Below are positions 1 through 9,929 of a stretch of DNA of 64,000 bases, piece after piece. The stretch is from contig CAYJRA010000002.1 of assembly GCA_964372465.1 (NCBI GenBank), positions 16,024-80,023 on the forward strand, read 5' to 3'. Source of the DNA: an uncultured archaeon. Its GTDB lineage: Archaea > Aenigmatarchaeota > Aenigmatarchaeia > CG10238-14. Within the stretch, counting starts at the first letter, position 1; every line of letters starts with the position of its first letter. The translations under genes and the position numbers were made by a program. The notes under the pieces are model-generated. The model saw only the letters and a program-made list of their open reading frames with translations, did no database searches and was not told the origin of the DNA.

Positions 1-2
1 AT

Positions 3-182
3 CCATCAACAATAGTTATTGCCAATAATATTCCTAAGGAAAGAAAGGATATGATTCAGCACAATGCAAAACTAGCAAAAATTGAGGTCAAAGATTTCCC
101 AGGAGACAACGTTAATCTAGGCGTTATTTGCGGTAAACCTTTTCGTGTCAGCATATTAGCAATAGAGGGTAATGAGAAGTGA
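3..182 (+). CDS. rpl30e: ribosomal protein eL30 (L30e), C-terminal part; 5' end lies outside the window
   Basis: Frame-3 translation ends ...FPGDNVNLGVICGKPFRVSILAIEGNEK*, the conserved eL30 C-terminus. It sits at the canonical position ahead of nusA-rps12-rps7. Its TGA stop overlaps the next gene's GTG start (GTGA). Confidence 0.8.
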   Translation, partial: PSTIVIANNIPKERKDMIQHNAKLAKIEVKDFPGDNVNLGVICGKPFRVSILAIEGNEK

Positions 183-595
183 CGATAAAATTCACAACAG
201 AAACGATCAGATTACTAACACTTTTTGAAAATTTAACAAACGTGTCTGTGAAGGATTGCTTCGAAAACGGCGATACAATTTATTATATTGTTGAAGAAGG
301 AAAGATAGGCTTGGCTATAGGCAAAGGGGGAAATTCAATAAGACAAGTAGAGAGAATGTTGGGAAAAAAAGTAAAGGTATATGAATATTCAATTAATGTT
401 TCTGATTTCATCAAAAATTTGATCCCCAACGTAAAAGATATAAAAGTAGTTGAAGAAGATGGAAAAGATATAGCGGAGATAAAAGTCAACAAACAAGACA
501 GAGGCTATGTCATAGGCAGGGGAGGGGAAAAGATAAAAATATATAAGGAGATATTAAAGAGAGTCCATAATATATCGGATTTAAAGGTGAAATGA
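179..595 (+). CDS. nusA: archaeal NusA-like protein with two KH domains
   Basis: 138 aa with two GxxG KH motifs (IGKGGNSI, IGRGGEKI). Position between rpl30e and rps12 is canonical. Confidence 0.85.
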   Translation: MTIKFTTETIRLLTLFENLTNVSVKDCFENGDTIYYIVEEGKIGLAIGKGGNSIRQVERMLGKKVKVYEYSINVSDFIKNLIPNVKDIKVVEEDGKDIAEIKVNKQDRGYVIGRGGEKIKIYKEILKRVHNISDLKVK

Positions 596-1021
596 TTGGC
601 AAGAGGAGAATTTTCAGGAAGGAAATTAAGGCAGAGCAGACAGAAATTTAAATGGAAGGATGTAGACTACATGAGAAGAAAACTGCGAATGAAAAGGAGA
701 GAGCCATTAGGCGTTGCTCCTCAGGGAAAGGGTATAGTAATAGCTAAAAGAACTGTAGAGCAAAAACAGCCTTCTTCTGGTCTGATTAAAGCAGTAAGAG
801 TCCAATTAATAAAGAATAACATTCAAGTCACGGCATTCGTGCCAGGAAATCATGCTATTGATCATATAAACGAACATGATGAAGTACTAATAGAGGGAAT
901 AGGCGGGTCGCAAGGCGGACCAGTCGGTAGCCAATGGGGTTTGAAATATAAAGTTGTCAAGGTTAATGGCGTATCTCTTTCTGAAATTTTAAAAGGGAAG
1001 AAACAAAAACCAATGAGGTAA
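596..1021 (+). CDS. rps12: 30S ribosomal protein uS12 (divergent decoding loops, see findings)
   Basis: Blocks [38 protein letters not shown] and GKKQKP are typical archaeal uS12. TTG start directly follows the nusA stop. Confidence 0.95.
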   Translation: MARGEFSGRKLRQSRQKFKWKDVDYMRRKLRMKRREPLGVAPQGKGIVIAKRTVEQKQPSSGLIKAVRVQLIKNNIQVTAFVPGNHAIDHINEHDEVLIEGIGGSQGGPVGSQWGLKYKVVKVNGVSLSEILKGKKQKPMR

Positions 1022-1025
1022 TTTA

Positions 1026-1625
1026 ATGGTCGATTTTAAACTTTTTAACAGGTGGAGTTTTGATGGCATAGAGATCAGAGATCTTGGTCTCAGACCATAT
1101 ATTAATTTGAAGCCGGTCTTGATCCCTAAATCTGGCGGAAAGAGCACGCAGCAGTTTCATAAATCAGATATGAATATAGTAGAGAGATTCACCAATAAGT
1201 TAATGGTTTGCGGCCACAAAGGCAAAAAGCATTTATTGACATCCGGCAGGAATACAGGAAAAACACAAACAATTTTTAATATCTTGAAAGAAGTTTTTGA
1301 AAAATTGGAAAAAAGAACAAATGAAAATCCACTGAAAGTTTTTGTTGCAGCCATTGAAAATTCCGCTCTAAGGGAGGAAGTTACATCTTACCAGATGGGT
1401 GGTGCCATGGTTAGGAAGGCCGTTGTCACATCACCACAAAGAAGAATAGACCAAGCATTAGCCATCATGGCGCAATCAGCTTATAGAAAATCTTTTGGTA
1501 AAAAAAGATCAATGGCTGACGAACTCGTTGAGGAAATATACGCAGCCTATAAGAATGATGCTTCCAAATCCGAGGCAATCAAAGAGAAGGAGAGAATTGA
1601 AAGAGAAGCAGACGGGGCTAGATAA
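1026..1625 (+). CDS. rps7: 30S ribosomal protein uS7
   Basis: 199 aa, archaeal uS7-like N-terminus (LFNRWSFDGIEIRDLGL) and C-terminal IKEKERIEREA. Operon position fits. Confidence 0.93.
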   Translation: MVDFKLFNRWSFDGIEIRDLGLRPYINLKPVLIPKSGGKSTQQFHKSDMNIVERFTNKLMVCGHKGKKHLLTSGRNTGKTQTIFNILKEVFEKLEKRTNENPLKVFVAAIENSALREEVTSYQMGGAMVRKAVVTSPQRRIDQALAIMAQSAYRKSFGKKRSMADELVEEIYAAYKNDASKSEAIKEKERIEREADGAR

Positions 1626-1703
1626 ATTTTATGTTGAAAAAACACAACTTTTAAATTAATTACTCACGTAATTACAAACTGTTAATTTTTAAGGAGATTA
1701 GAA

Positions 1704-3893
1704 ATGGCTGAAAAAGATCTAACAACAAAAGTTCAAGAATTGATGTATAAACCTGATCAGATAAGAAACATAGGGACAGTCGCACACATTGATCACGGAA
1801 AAACAACATTCTCTGACAATCTACTTTCTGGTGCAGGCATGATTTCTGATGAGTTGGCAGGCAAGCAATTATTCATGGATTTTGATCCGCAAGAACAGGA
1901 AAGAGGAATCACAATATGGGCAGCTAATGCTAGCATGATCCATACATTCAATGACAAGGATTATTTAGTTAATTTAATAGACACACCAGGACACGTTGAC
2001 TTTGGAGGCGATGTAACAAGAGCCATGCGTGCAGTTGACGGGGCTATAGTATTAGTCGACGCTGTTGAGACAATAATGCCGCAAACAGAGACTGTTCTGA
2101 GACAAGCACTAAAAGAGAGAGTCAGGCCAGTGTTATTCATCAATAAAGTTGATCGTTTAATCAGAGAGCTGAAACTGACTCCGGAACAAATGCAACAGAG
2201 ATTTTTAAAGATCATAAGCGAAGTAAATTATCTGATCCAGAAATATTCAGAAGAAGAATACAGAAATAAATGGTTAGTCAGCGTAGAAAATGGTTCTGTA
2301 GCTTTTGGGTCTGCATTGAGAAAGTGGGGCATATCGTTTCCTTACATGAAAAAAATAGGAATGACGTTCAAGGATATTATTGATTTAACAAATGAAGAAA
2401 GACAAGATGAATTGGCGAAAAAATCCCCATTACATAAAGTCATTTTAGATATGATTATTACTCATTTGCCGTCTCCAGTTGATGCTCAAAAATACAGGGT
2501 AGGTAAAATATGGCACGGCGATATGGAGAGTGATATAGCTAAAGATATGCTTTCGGTTAATACTAACGGCAAATTAGCAGCTATAGTCACTAAATTGATG
2601 CCCGATCCGCATGCAGGCTATGTAGCTACTGCCAGAATATTTTCAGGTAAGATATCAAGAGGAGACGAAGTTTATTTAATAGGGCAGCATAAAAAACAGA
2701 GAGTTCAGCAAGTAAATGTCTATAAGGGACCTCACAGAGTGCAAGTGGATGAAGTAGTTGCAGGAAATATTGTGGGGATTGTGGGTTTAGGTGAAGCGTT
2801 TTCTGGAGAAACAATATGCAGCTCAGATTTCATTATCGAGCCGTTCGAGCAGATAACTCACATATTCGAGCCAGTTGTTACTAAAGCAATAGAACCGAAA
2901 AAGCCGCAAGATCTTAACAAACTCATCACATTCTTGAAAAAATTAGAGAGGGAGGACTCTACAATTAAAGTAAAAATAAACGAAGAAACAGGCGAATATT
3001 TGGTTTCCGGCTTAGGTGAATTACATTTGGATGCTAAAGTTGAAAGAAAATTGAAAGAGCAAGAGATAGAAATTGAAACTTCACCCCCGATCGTCGTTTA
3101 CAGGGAAACTATTAGTGGTAAATCTCCTGAAATAGAGGCAAAATCACCCAACAAGCACAATAAATTTTACATAATCATCGAGCCACTGAGTGAAAAAATA
3201 ATGGACGCCATGGCTAAAGGTGAAATACCTGGCTATGTGGACTTCAAAAAGAAGCATGCAGATGTTTTGAAAAAACTCATCGATCTGGGCATGGGATCTC
3301 AGGAAGTAAAAGGCATATGGCAAATATACAACAAGAACATGATAATGGAGGATACTAAAGGTATTCAGTATTTGAATGAAGTAGAAGAGATGCTAAAGGA
3401 AGGGTTTAGAAGTGTTATGGATGAAGGGCCGTTGTGCAAAGAGCCTTGTATAGGAGTTAAGATAACACTTGTTAATGCTGAGTTGCACGAAGATCCAGTT
3501 CATAGAGGACCGGGTCAAGTCCTACCCGCAATAAGATCTGGTATTTGGAACGGTATGCTGATGGCAAATTCTAGTCTTTTAGAGCCTAAGCAGTTTATAA
3601 GAATAGACACGCCTACAGAAGAAATGGGAGGCGCAATCAAAGAAATACAAAACAGAAGAGGGCAGATTCTGCAGATGGAAGAAGAGAGAGGGGTGACGAT
3701 GATAGAATGCAAGCTTCCTGTATCTGAGATGTTTGGCTTCAACTCCGCTTTGAAATCAGGAACCGGAGGAAAAGGTTTTTATAGTTTAATTGACGTGATA
3801 TTTGAGAGATTGCCGAAAGAACTTCAAGATCAGACGGTAATCAAGATAAGAAAAAGAAAAGGTTTGAGCGAGCAATTACCAAAACCTGAATAA
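1704..3893 (+). CDS. fusA: translation elongation factor aEF-2
   Basis: GTPase motifs AHIDHGKTT, DTPGHVDF and NKVDR. Diphthamide-region motif HEDPVHRGPGQ. AAGGAG SD 8 nt upstream. Confidence 0.97.
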   Translation: MAEKDLTTKVQELMYKPDQIRNIGTVAHIDHGKTTFSDNLLSGAGMISDELAGKQLFMDFDPQEQERGITIWAANASMIHTFNDKDYLVNLIDTPGHVDFGGDVTRAMRAVDGAIVLVDAVETIMPQTETVLRQALKERVRPVLFINKVDRLIRELKLTPEQMQQRFLKIISEVNYLIQKYSEEEYRNKWLVSVENGSVAFGSALRKWGISFPYMKKIGMTFKDIIDLTNEERQDELAKKSPLHKVILDMIITHLPSPVDAQKYRVGKIWHGDMESDIAKDMLSVNTNGKLAAIVTKLMPDPHAGYVATARIFSGKISRGDEVYLIGQHKKQRVQQVNVYKGPHRVQVDEVVAGNIVGIVGLGEAFSGETICSSDFIIEPFEQITHIFEPVVTKAIEPKKPQDLNKLITFLKKLEREDSTIKVKINEETGEYLVSGLGELHLDAKVERKLKEQEIEIETSPPIVVYRETISGKSPEIEAKSPNKHNKFYIIIEPLSEKIMDAMAKGEIPGYVDFKKKHADVLKKLIDLGMGSQEVKGIWQIYNKNMIMEDTKGIQYLNEVEEMLKEGFRSVMDEGPLCKEPCIGVKITLVNAELHEDPVHRGPGQVLPAIRSGIWNGMLMANSSLLEPKQFIRIDTPTEEMGGAIKEIQNRRGQILQMEEERGVTMIECKLPVSEMFGFNSALKSGTGGKGFYSLIDVIFERLPKELQDQTVIKIRKRKGLSEQLPKPE

Positions 3894-3935
3894 TATTTAA
3901 AGTCTTAATATTATAATCATATTGGAGGTATTAAC

Positions 3936-5216
3936 ATGGCTGAATCAGCAAAAATCAACATAATGACAGCAGGTCACGTAGACGCAGGAAAGTCTACATT
4001 AATCGGTAGACTATTATTTGATTCTGGAGCTGTCAGAGAAGATCAAATGAGAAAAATGAAAGATCTCGCCAAGGAATTAAAAAAAGAAACTTTCGAGTTC
4101 GCATTCTTAATGGACAAACTAAAGGAAGAAAGAGAGAGAGGAGTCACAATAGATATAATGCACACGCCTTTCCAATCAAAGAAACATTATTATACAGTCA
4201 TTGATGCTCCCGGTCATAGGGATTTCGTCAAGAATATGATTACTGGAGCCAGCCAAGCAGATGCAGCTATTTTAGTTGTTTCTGCCAAAGAAGGTGAAGG
4301 AATTCAGGATCAAACAAAAGAGCATACATTCTTATTGAAAGTTTTGGGCATAAACCAGTTACTTGTAGCTATAAATAAAATGGACGCTGCTAAATATGAC
4401 GAGGCTAAATTTAATTCTTTGAGTGCAGATGTAAAGAAGCTGTTGCAATCTGTCGGCTACAAGGTTGAAAATATACAATTTGTTCCAGTATCTGCTTTTG
4501 CTGGGGATAATGTTTTCAACAAATCTGCTAATATGCCTTGGTACAAAGGTCCGACATTAGTTGATGCCATGGATGGAAGTATTTCTCCGCCCGAGCAACC
4601 AACAGATAAACCTTTGAGAATTCCAATACAGGATGCTTATACTATCACAGGCGTTGGTACAGTTCCTGTAGGCAGAGTTGATACAGGTATTTTGAAAGTA
4701 GGGGATAAGTTAGTATTCATGCCTAGCGGAGCTTTAGGTGAAGTCAAAACAATTGAAATGTTCCACAAACAACAGAACGAGGCAAGACCAGGCGACAACA
4801 TCGGTTTTAATATAAGAGGTATTGGCAAGGGTGATGTTAAGAGAGGAGATGTAGCTGGTCATACCTCAAATCCGCCAACAGTTGCTAAAGAATTTACGGC
4901 TCAGATTATCGTATTAAATCACCCAACTGTTGTTACTGTTGGTTATACGCCAGTATTCCACTGTGGTACAGCTTCAGTTGCCTGCAAAGTAGAGGAAATA
5001 ATTGCAAAGATTGATCCTAAGACAGGCGCTGTCGTGCAAGAGCATCCCGACTTCATCAAAACGGGAGATGCTGCAAGAATCAGAGTAGTTCCAACCAAGC
5101 CGATGGTAGTGGAGAAGCAGTCTGATATACCACAATTAGCAAGATTTGCTATCAGAGATATGGGACAAACGGTTGCAGCAGGAATTGTTTTGGATGTAGT
5201 TAAAGCAACAAAGTAA
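3936..5216 (+). CDS. tuf: translation elongation factor aEF-1alpha
   Basis: [17 protein letters not shown] and NKMD motifs, 426 aa. GGAGGT SD upstream. Confidence 0.97.
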   Translation: MAESAKINIMTAGHVDAGKSTLIGRLLFDSGAVREDQMRKMKDLAKELKKETFEFAFLMDKLKEERERGVTIDIMHTPFQSKKHYYTVIDAPGHRDFVKNMITGASQADAAILVVSAKEGEGIQDQTKEHTFLLKVLGINQLLVAINKMDAAKYDEAKFNSLSADVKKLLQSVGYKVENIQFVPVSAFAGDNVFNKSANMPWYKGPTLVDAMDGSISPPEQPTDKPLRIPIQDAYTITGVGTVPVGRVDTGILKVGDKLVFMPSGALGEVKTIEMFHKQQNEARPGDNIGFNIRGIGKGDVKRGDVAGHTSNPPTVAKEFTAQIIVLNHPTVVTVGYTPVFHCGTASVACKVEEIIAKIDPKTGAVVQEHPDFIKTGDAARIRVVPTKPMVVEKQSDIPQLARFAIRDMGQTVAAGIVLDVVKATK

Positions 5217-5252
5217 TTTTAGAATTTTGTTTTTTCTTCTGTCTTTATTTTT
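5217..5252 (+). terminator. oligo-T rich stretch after tuf (putative archaeal terminator, between convergent genes)
   Basis: Successive T-runs (tttt, tttt, ttttt, ttt, ttttt) start immediately after the tuf TAA. Confidence 0.35.
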
Positions 5253-5263
5253 AGTTAATTGAA

Positions 5264-5641
5264 TTATGGAAAAGGAATTTCAGAATAGTTGTCAGTTCTA
5301 ACAGGTTCACCAATAACAGGTTCTTTATTGTCTATTGGATCATATTCCACTTTTGGTTCAAACTCTAAAACAACATGTTTTTTACCAGGAGCCCTTCCAG
5401 CATATTTTATTGTTCTTACTACTGTTCCAGAATATTTATATCCGCTACCCAAATATCCCAAAGGTAATATATTTCGTTCTAAATATTCTCCATAAAATTG
5501 GTCACCAGCATATAAAAATATTAGAACTTCATGTTTTTCTGGACTGCTGTGATCTTCAGTTGTAAATCTTAAATTAGGTTCATTTTCTATTAAATAAGCA
5601 GACAGATTTGGTGCAGATGGTATCAGAACTTTATTGGACAT
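5264..5641 (-). CDS. hypothetical protein (no family recognised)
   Basis: 125-aa ORF. Its start abuts the stop of the upstream minus-strand ORF, suggesting a two-gene unit. Confidence 0.5.
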   Translation of the reverse strand: MSNKVLIPSAPNLSAYLIENEPNLRFTTEDHSSPEKHEVLIFLYAGDQFYGEYLERNILPLGYLGSGYKYSGTVVRTIKYAGRAPGKKHVVLEFEPKVEYDPIDNKEPVIGEPVRTDNYSEIPFP

Positions 5642-6124
5642 TTATTTCTTTTCCCCAACTAATACACTTCCTCCTTCTTTAATGCTATATCCGTTTTGAC
5701 TTAACATTTTTCTAACGTCATCTTTAGCAACTTTTTTCCACTGGTCAAATCCATATATTACTACATTTGGAGAATCTTGAGTTTTTAATGCTTGATCTAA
5801 TATTCCGATTTGAGCTAAAATAGCAGCCATGAAAGCTACATTAACACCATATTTTTGTTTTGTAATATCTCCTTGGTCAGGTCCTATTCTGACATCTAAA
5901 CTTTCATATCTTGCAGCTGCTTTTCTACCAGCTTCTTCATCAAATTCAGCTGCGGTTATGCTTTGGATTTCTACTTTATAATATTCTGAAAGAGCATGAG
6001 TTATAGGAACTAATTGTTCTGCATCATTATAACCACAGCCCAAATCACCAATTCTACCGTCATATTTAATACCAAAATCAGCAGCTTCTTTTACATAATT
6101 TTTTGCTTGGGCCAATGTAGACAC
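5642..6124 (-). CDS. hypothetical protein with a weak class-I SAM-methyltransferase-like motif
   Basis: 160 aa. GDLGCGYND resembles MTase motif I (DxGCG). No other motif is firmly recognised. Confidence 0.5.
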   Translation of the reverse strand: MSTLAQAKNYVKEAADFGIKYDGRIGDLGCGYNDAEQLVPITHALSEYYKVEIQSITAAEFDEEAGRKAAARYESLDVRIGPDQGDITKQKYGVNVAFMAAILAQIGILDQALKTQDSPNVVIYGFDQWKKVAKDDVRKMLSQNGYSIKEGGSVLVGEKK

Positions 6125-6187
6125 AATAACACCTTTCTAAAGTTTGAATAATAAGCTTTAAATCCTTTTTTTGAACTTCTGTAGCAA

Positions 6188-7447
6188 CTACTTCTCCCAT
6201 CTGTTATATGACTTTCTGCTGAATATTTCCAAAAAGAAACTTATGGCCCATAGTGATAGATTGAAAATCATATATGGAAAGAAAAAGAAGAATGCGATGA
6301 AATGTTTCAAATCGGGTTTTGTCAACTTAAAAAACAAAATAAAATTATAGATTGTCGACAGGCTAAAAATTATTACAGTCATTATTAAGCTGATATTTAA
6401 CTGGTAATATCCTATTGCTATTCTACCCGTTGTTTCCAGCATGCCAAACAATGAAAACCAGGAAAAGAAATATCTTGCAACATCCAAAGAGATTATGTTG
6501 TTTTTCAGCAAAAAGTATTTTATATAATCACCAAACATCATCATAAGCATTATTGGGACATAAATTATGGCATGTATATACCAATACAAGTGAGTAGGAA
6601 AGGAAAATCTCCCCAAATTCTCGCTTTTTCTACTTATTAAAAATTTGAAATTTTTTTTCATGACCTGCAGATTTCCTCTGCCCCACCTGATCCTCTGTTT
6701 TATAAACGATATCAGTGTTTGAGGAACCTCTGTGTACATTACTGCATCACTTACACTAACTGTTCTATAACCAGCCTTTTTCATTTGCAATACTATATCA
6801 ACATCTTCCGTTAGCGTATCAGAACTATATCCGTTTATTTTTAATAAGACATTTTTTTTCAATGCTGCAAAGCCAGGCAAGAATGAGTTGGCATTAACCT
6901 TTGTGCAAACCAACCTCCAACCAGAAGATAGTATGTATTCAAAATCTTGAAACCACGTTAATATGTTACTGTTTCTCCTAGCTCTTATTATACCTGCGAC
7001 GCCACCCACATCCTTATCAGATAATGGTTGAACTATTTTAATCAAACTATTTTCATCGACAACAGAATCAGCATCTAATGTCACTATAACACCGTATTTT
7101 GAAATTTTAACAGCCTCGTTGATACCCCCTGCTTTTCCAACATGATTCAAGTTAAGGAGTTTTACATATGCATATTTTTTAGCTATTTTAGATACGATCT
7201 TACCAGTGTTGTCTTTAGAACCATCATTTACAACAATTATTTCTCTATCATTGGGATATTTTGTATCAATAATACTCATTACGGATTTTTCTATTATTTT
7301 TTCTTCATTATACGCGGGCAGTATTATGGAAATTTTCGGTGCATATCTTCTATTTGATTTTTTTTCAGGCAGCAGCAAAATAATTATCCAACCAGTGTAC
7401 ATAGCGCTAAGGATAACCATGATTACAAGCAACACATTCTGAATCAT
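6188..7447 (-). CDS. family-2 glycosyltransferase, processive (cellulose/chitin/PNAG-synthase-like), membrane integrated
   Basis: ILPAYNEE, DGSKDNT, LDADS, TEDVD and QRIRWGRG (QxxRW) motifs. N- and C-terminal TM segments. Confidence 0.85.
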   Translation of the reverse strand: MIQNVLLVIMVILSAMYTGWIIILLLPEKKSNRRYAPKISIILPAYNEEKIIEKSVMSIIDTKYPNDREIIVVNDGSKDNTGKIVSKIAKKYAYVKLLNLNHVGKAGGINEAVKISKYGVIVTLDADSVVDENSLIKIVQPLSDKDVGGVAGIIRARRNSNILTWFQDFEYILSSGWRLVCTKVNANSFLPGFAALKKNVLLKINGYSSDTLTEDVDIVLQMKKAGYRTVSVSDAVMYTEVPQTLISFIKQRIRWGRGNLQVMKKNFKFLISRKSENLGRFSFPTHLYWYIHAIIYVPIMLMMMFGDYIKYFLLKNNIISLDVARYFFSWFSLFGMLETTGRIAIGYYQLNISLIMTVIIFSLSTIYNFILFFKLTKPDLKHFIAFFFFFPYMIFNLSLWAISFFLEIFSRKSYNRWEK

Positions 7448-7448
7448 T

Positions 7449-8726
7449 TTAATTGCCTTTAGACTTAAAAATAGAGAAATTACCCAGCTTCGGTGTTCTT
7501 ATCCAACCCATCTTTTTGCCCGCCAATGCTTGTATGACAGCTAAAGAATTTGTCGTGGCTATCACAATACCTACTGTTAATGCTCCTAGAAATACAGATT
7601 TAATCATTCTTAAATTGTCTTCTCTTCTTAGGGCTAAAATAGTCGTCGCCATGAATCCACCGGTTGCAATAAATGTTCCAAAGAATCGTTTAAAATCATC
7701 CAGAGTCAAAGGATGTGGTTCTCCTGTGAGCATGCTTATGACACCCATTGCCGTCATCCCGATTATAAAGAAAGTCCCCACATTACCGAGAGTTGTGAAC
7801 GTTAGCATAATTCTCTGTAAAAATGTAAAAGTCTTACTGGACCAAATATTGGTTGCGTGATCAATGAAGGCTCTCGTATTACCATAGGCCCATCTCATTT
7901 GTTGTTTAATGAAACTATTGAGAGTGAATGGTAACTCTCCACTAGACTTCAAATCAGATAAATAAACACTTTTATAACCAGCCTTGAACGTTTTCAATGA
8001 AAGATCTGTGTCTTCTGTAATGCTTTTTTCATTCCACCCCCCAAGCTTCAATATGAGATCTTTTCTAATAGCGCCGTGAGTCCCGCAGAAGAAAGGAATA
8101 TTCAATTTATCGTTTATTGTTATGATGCATTGATGGTATATCATTAAAAACGTAGATGCAATTTTTGTGATAATGTTTTGGTTGGGATTAATATATCCCA
8201 TTCTCGACTGGACTATTCCTATTTTTGGATCTTCAATTATAGGAGTAACTATTCTTTTCAAAAATGTTTTAGGTGATGTGAAATCAGAATCAAAAAGAAC
8301 AATTATTTCACCTTTGGTATGCTTCAGAATGTTGTTTAGCGCGCCGGGCTTGAAACCATTTCTATTATCCCTATGGACAACCTTGATTTTGTTTGGATAA
8401 TTTGAAGCAAATTTAGTTATGAGATTAGTGACTTTTTTATCCGTGCTGTCATCAGCCACTATTACATCAAACTTATCGTCAGGATAGTCAAATTTCAGGC
8501 AATTCTTCAATAATCTAACTGCGATTGGATCATTGTATGTTGCAATCTGGATTGTAACAGAAGGCCATTCTTCAGTATCGTTTTTCTGCCTGTATTTGTT
8601 TGGCTTTAGAAAAATATTAGTTAATGCTAGTATATAAAATACAACAGAGAGAAATATAACTGGGACTAAGAAAATGTGATATAGAAAAAAGCTGGTTTCA
8701 TACAATATAGGAATTCCCATATACAT
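7449..8726 (-). CDS. family-2 glycosyltransferase, processive type, paralogue of the neighbouring gene
   Basis: IATYND, ADDSTD, FDSDF, TEDTD and QQMRWAYG (QxxRW) motifs. TM segments at both ends. 1-nt gap to the next GT2. Confidence 0.85.
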   Translation of the reverse strand: MYMGIPILYETSFFLYHIFLVPVIFLSVVFYILALTNIFLKPNKYRQKNDTEEWPSVTIQIATYNDPIAVRLLKNCLKFDYPDDKFDVIVADDSTDKKVTNLITKFASNYPNKIKVVHRDNRNGFKPGALNNILKHTKGEIIVLFDSDFTSPKTFLKRIVTPIIEDPKIGIVQSRMGYINPNQNIITKIASTFLMIYHQCIITINDKLNIPFFCGTHGAIRKDLILKLGGWNEKSITEDTDLSLKTFKAGYKSVYLSDLKSSGELPFTLNSFIKQQMRWAYGNTRAFIDHATNIWSSKTFTFLQRIMLTFTTLGNVGTFFIIGMTAMGVISMLTGEPHPLTLDDFKRFFGTFIATGGFMATTILALRREDNLRMIKSVFLGALTVGIVIATTNSLAVIQALAGKKMGWIRTPKLGNFSIFKSKGN

Positions 8727-8760
8727 TACATAAAAAGATTAAAATTTAAACGTAGATTTT

Positions 8761-9420
8761 ATGAGAAAAGACATAAAAAAAGCATATGTTTTAGCCGCTT
8801 TTCTTTCTTTAGTTTTATATTCTGTCGGCATTTTTACTGGTTTTATGATACAAAAGTCAGCCCTGAAATTTACTGAAAAAGAGGTAACTTCTCTCCAAAG
8901 AAGGATAGAAAACCTTCAATTGGAGTATGTTTATCTGAGCACATCCAACGACAAACTCAACTGTAAATTCTTGTCTGCCCTGTTGGATGATACTTCCAAG
9001 GAAATGTGGTTTGTGAGAGACGAATTGGTGAAATTGGAAAGTGACCCCAAGAATGTTGATTTGAACAATTATAAGGAGTTGAAGAGAGATTATTCTTTAG
9101 TTTCAACCAGAGCATGGATACTTAATTCTGTCATTAAAGAGAAGTGTGACGAGGGTGTTGCCGTGGTACTTTACTTCTATTCCATACCGTGTGATAAATG
9201 TCTGGAGCAAGGTAATATTCTTGATGATTTAAGATCTGATTTTGGTTCTAAATTAAGGGTATTTGTTCTTGATATGGGAATAGATGAGCCTATAGTTAAG
9301 ACATTAAAAAGTACATATTTAATAACGGAAACACCTTCCATGGTTATAGGGAATCAAACATTTCAGGGTTTTGTAGATAAAAACATGTTAAAAGACGCTA
9401 TCGAATATCATTTGAAATAA
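8761..9420 (+). CDS. membrane-anchored thioredoxin-fold protein (CxxC)
   Basis: N-terminal TM helix and a coiled-coil-like region. C-terminal VVLYFYSIPCDKCLEQ (CxxC) plus ETPSMVI (cis-Pro-like) suggest a Trx fold. Confidence 0.6.
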   Translation: MRKDIKKAYVLAAFLSLVLYSVGIFTGFMIQKSALKFTEKEVTSLQRRIENLQLEYVYLSTSNDKLNCKFLSALLDDTSKEMWFVRDELVKLESDPKNVDLNNYKELKRDYSLVSTRAWILNSVIKEKCDEGVAVVLYFYSIPCDKCLEQGNILDDLRSDFGSKLRVFVLDMGIDEPIVKTLKSTYLITETPSMVIGNQTFQGFVDKNMLKDAIEYHLK

Positions 9421-9567
9421 TTCCAAAACATGGTATTTTGCAGAACTAAGAGCTTTGTGCCCAACCTTTATTTCTATTGACTTTAGATGCAAATGACTTA
9501 AGGTGCAAAGCTAGAACTAAAAGAAACTATTTAAATATACATTTTTCTCATATTATGAAGTGATTGT

Positions 9568-9888
9568 ATGCAGATGGCCAGAATAAAACTATCAGGCAGA
9601 AATCCACAGGAATTGGATAATACTTGTACAGAAATAATAGGCATAGCAAAGAAATTTGGTGTAGATTGGAGAGGACCAATACCTCTGCCTACAAAAAAGT
9701 TAAAAGTAACAACAATGAAAACACCTTGTGGTGATGGAACAGGTCATGGCAACACAACATTTGATAGATGGGAAATGAGAATTCATAAAAGAGTTATTGA
9801 CATGCAGGCAGATGATAGAGCACTGAGACAAGTATTGAGAGTTCAGATACCACAGAATATTCATATTTCTATAAAACTTGAAGAATGA
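9568..9888 (+). CDS. rps10: 30S ribosomal protein uS10
   Basis: MQMARIKLSG..., 106 aa. GAAGTGAT SD 3 nt upstream. TTTAAATA box at 9530-9537. Confidence 0.95.
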   Translation: MQMARIKLSGRNPQELDNTCTEIIGIAKKFGVDWRGPIPLPTKKLKVTTMKTPCGDGTGHGNTTFDRWEMRIHKRVIDMQADDRALRQVLRVQIPQNIHISIKLEE

Positions 9889-9929
9889 TTTTTTACATTT
9901 ATTAATAATAAAACATAAACTATTCGAAT

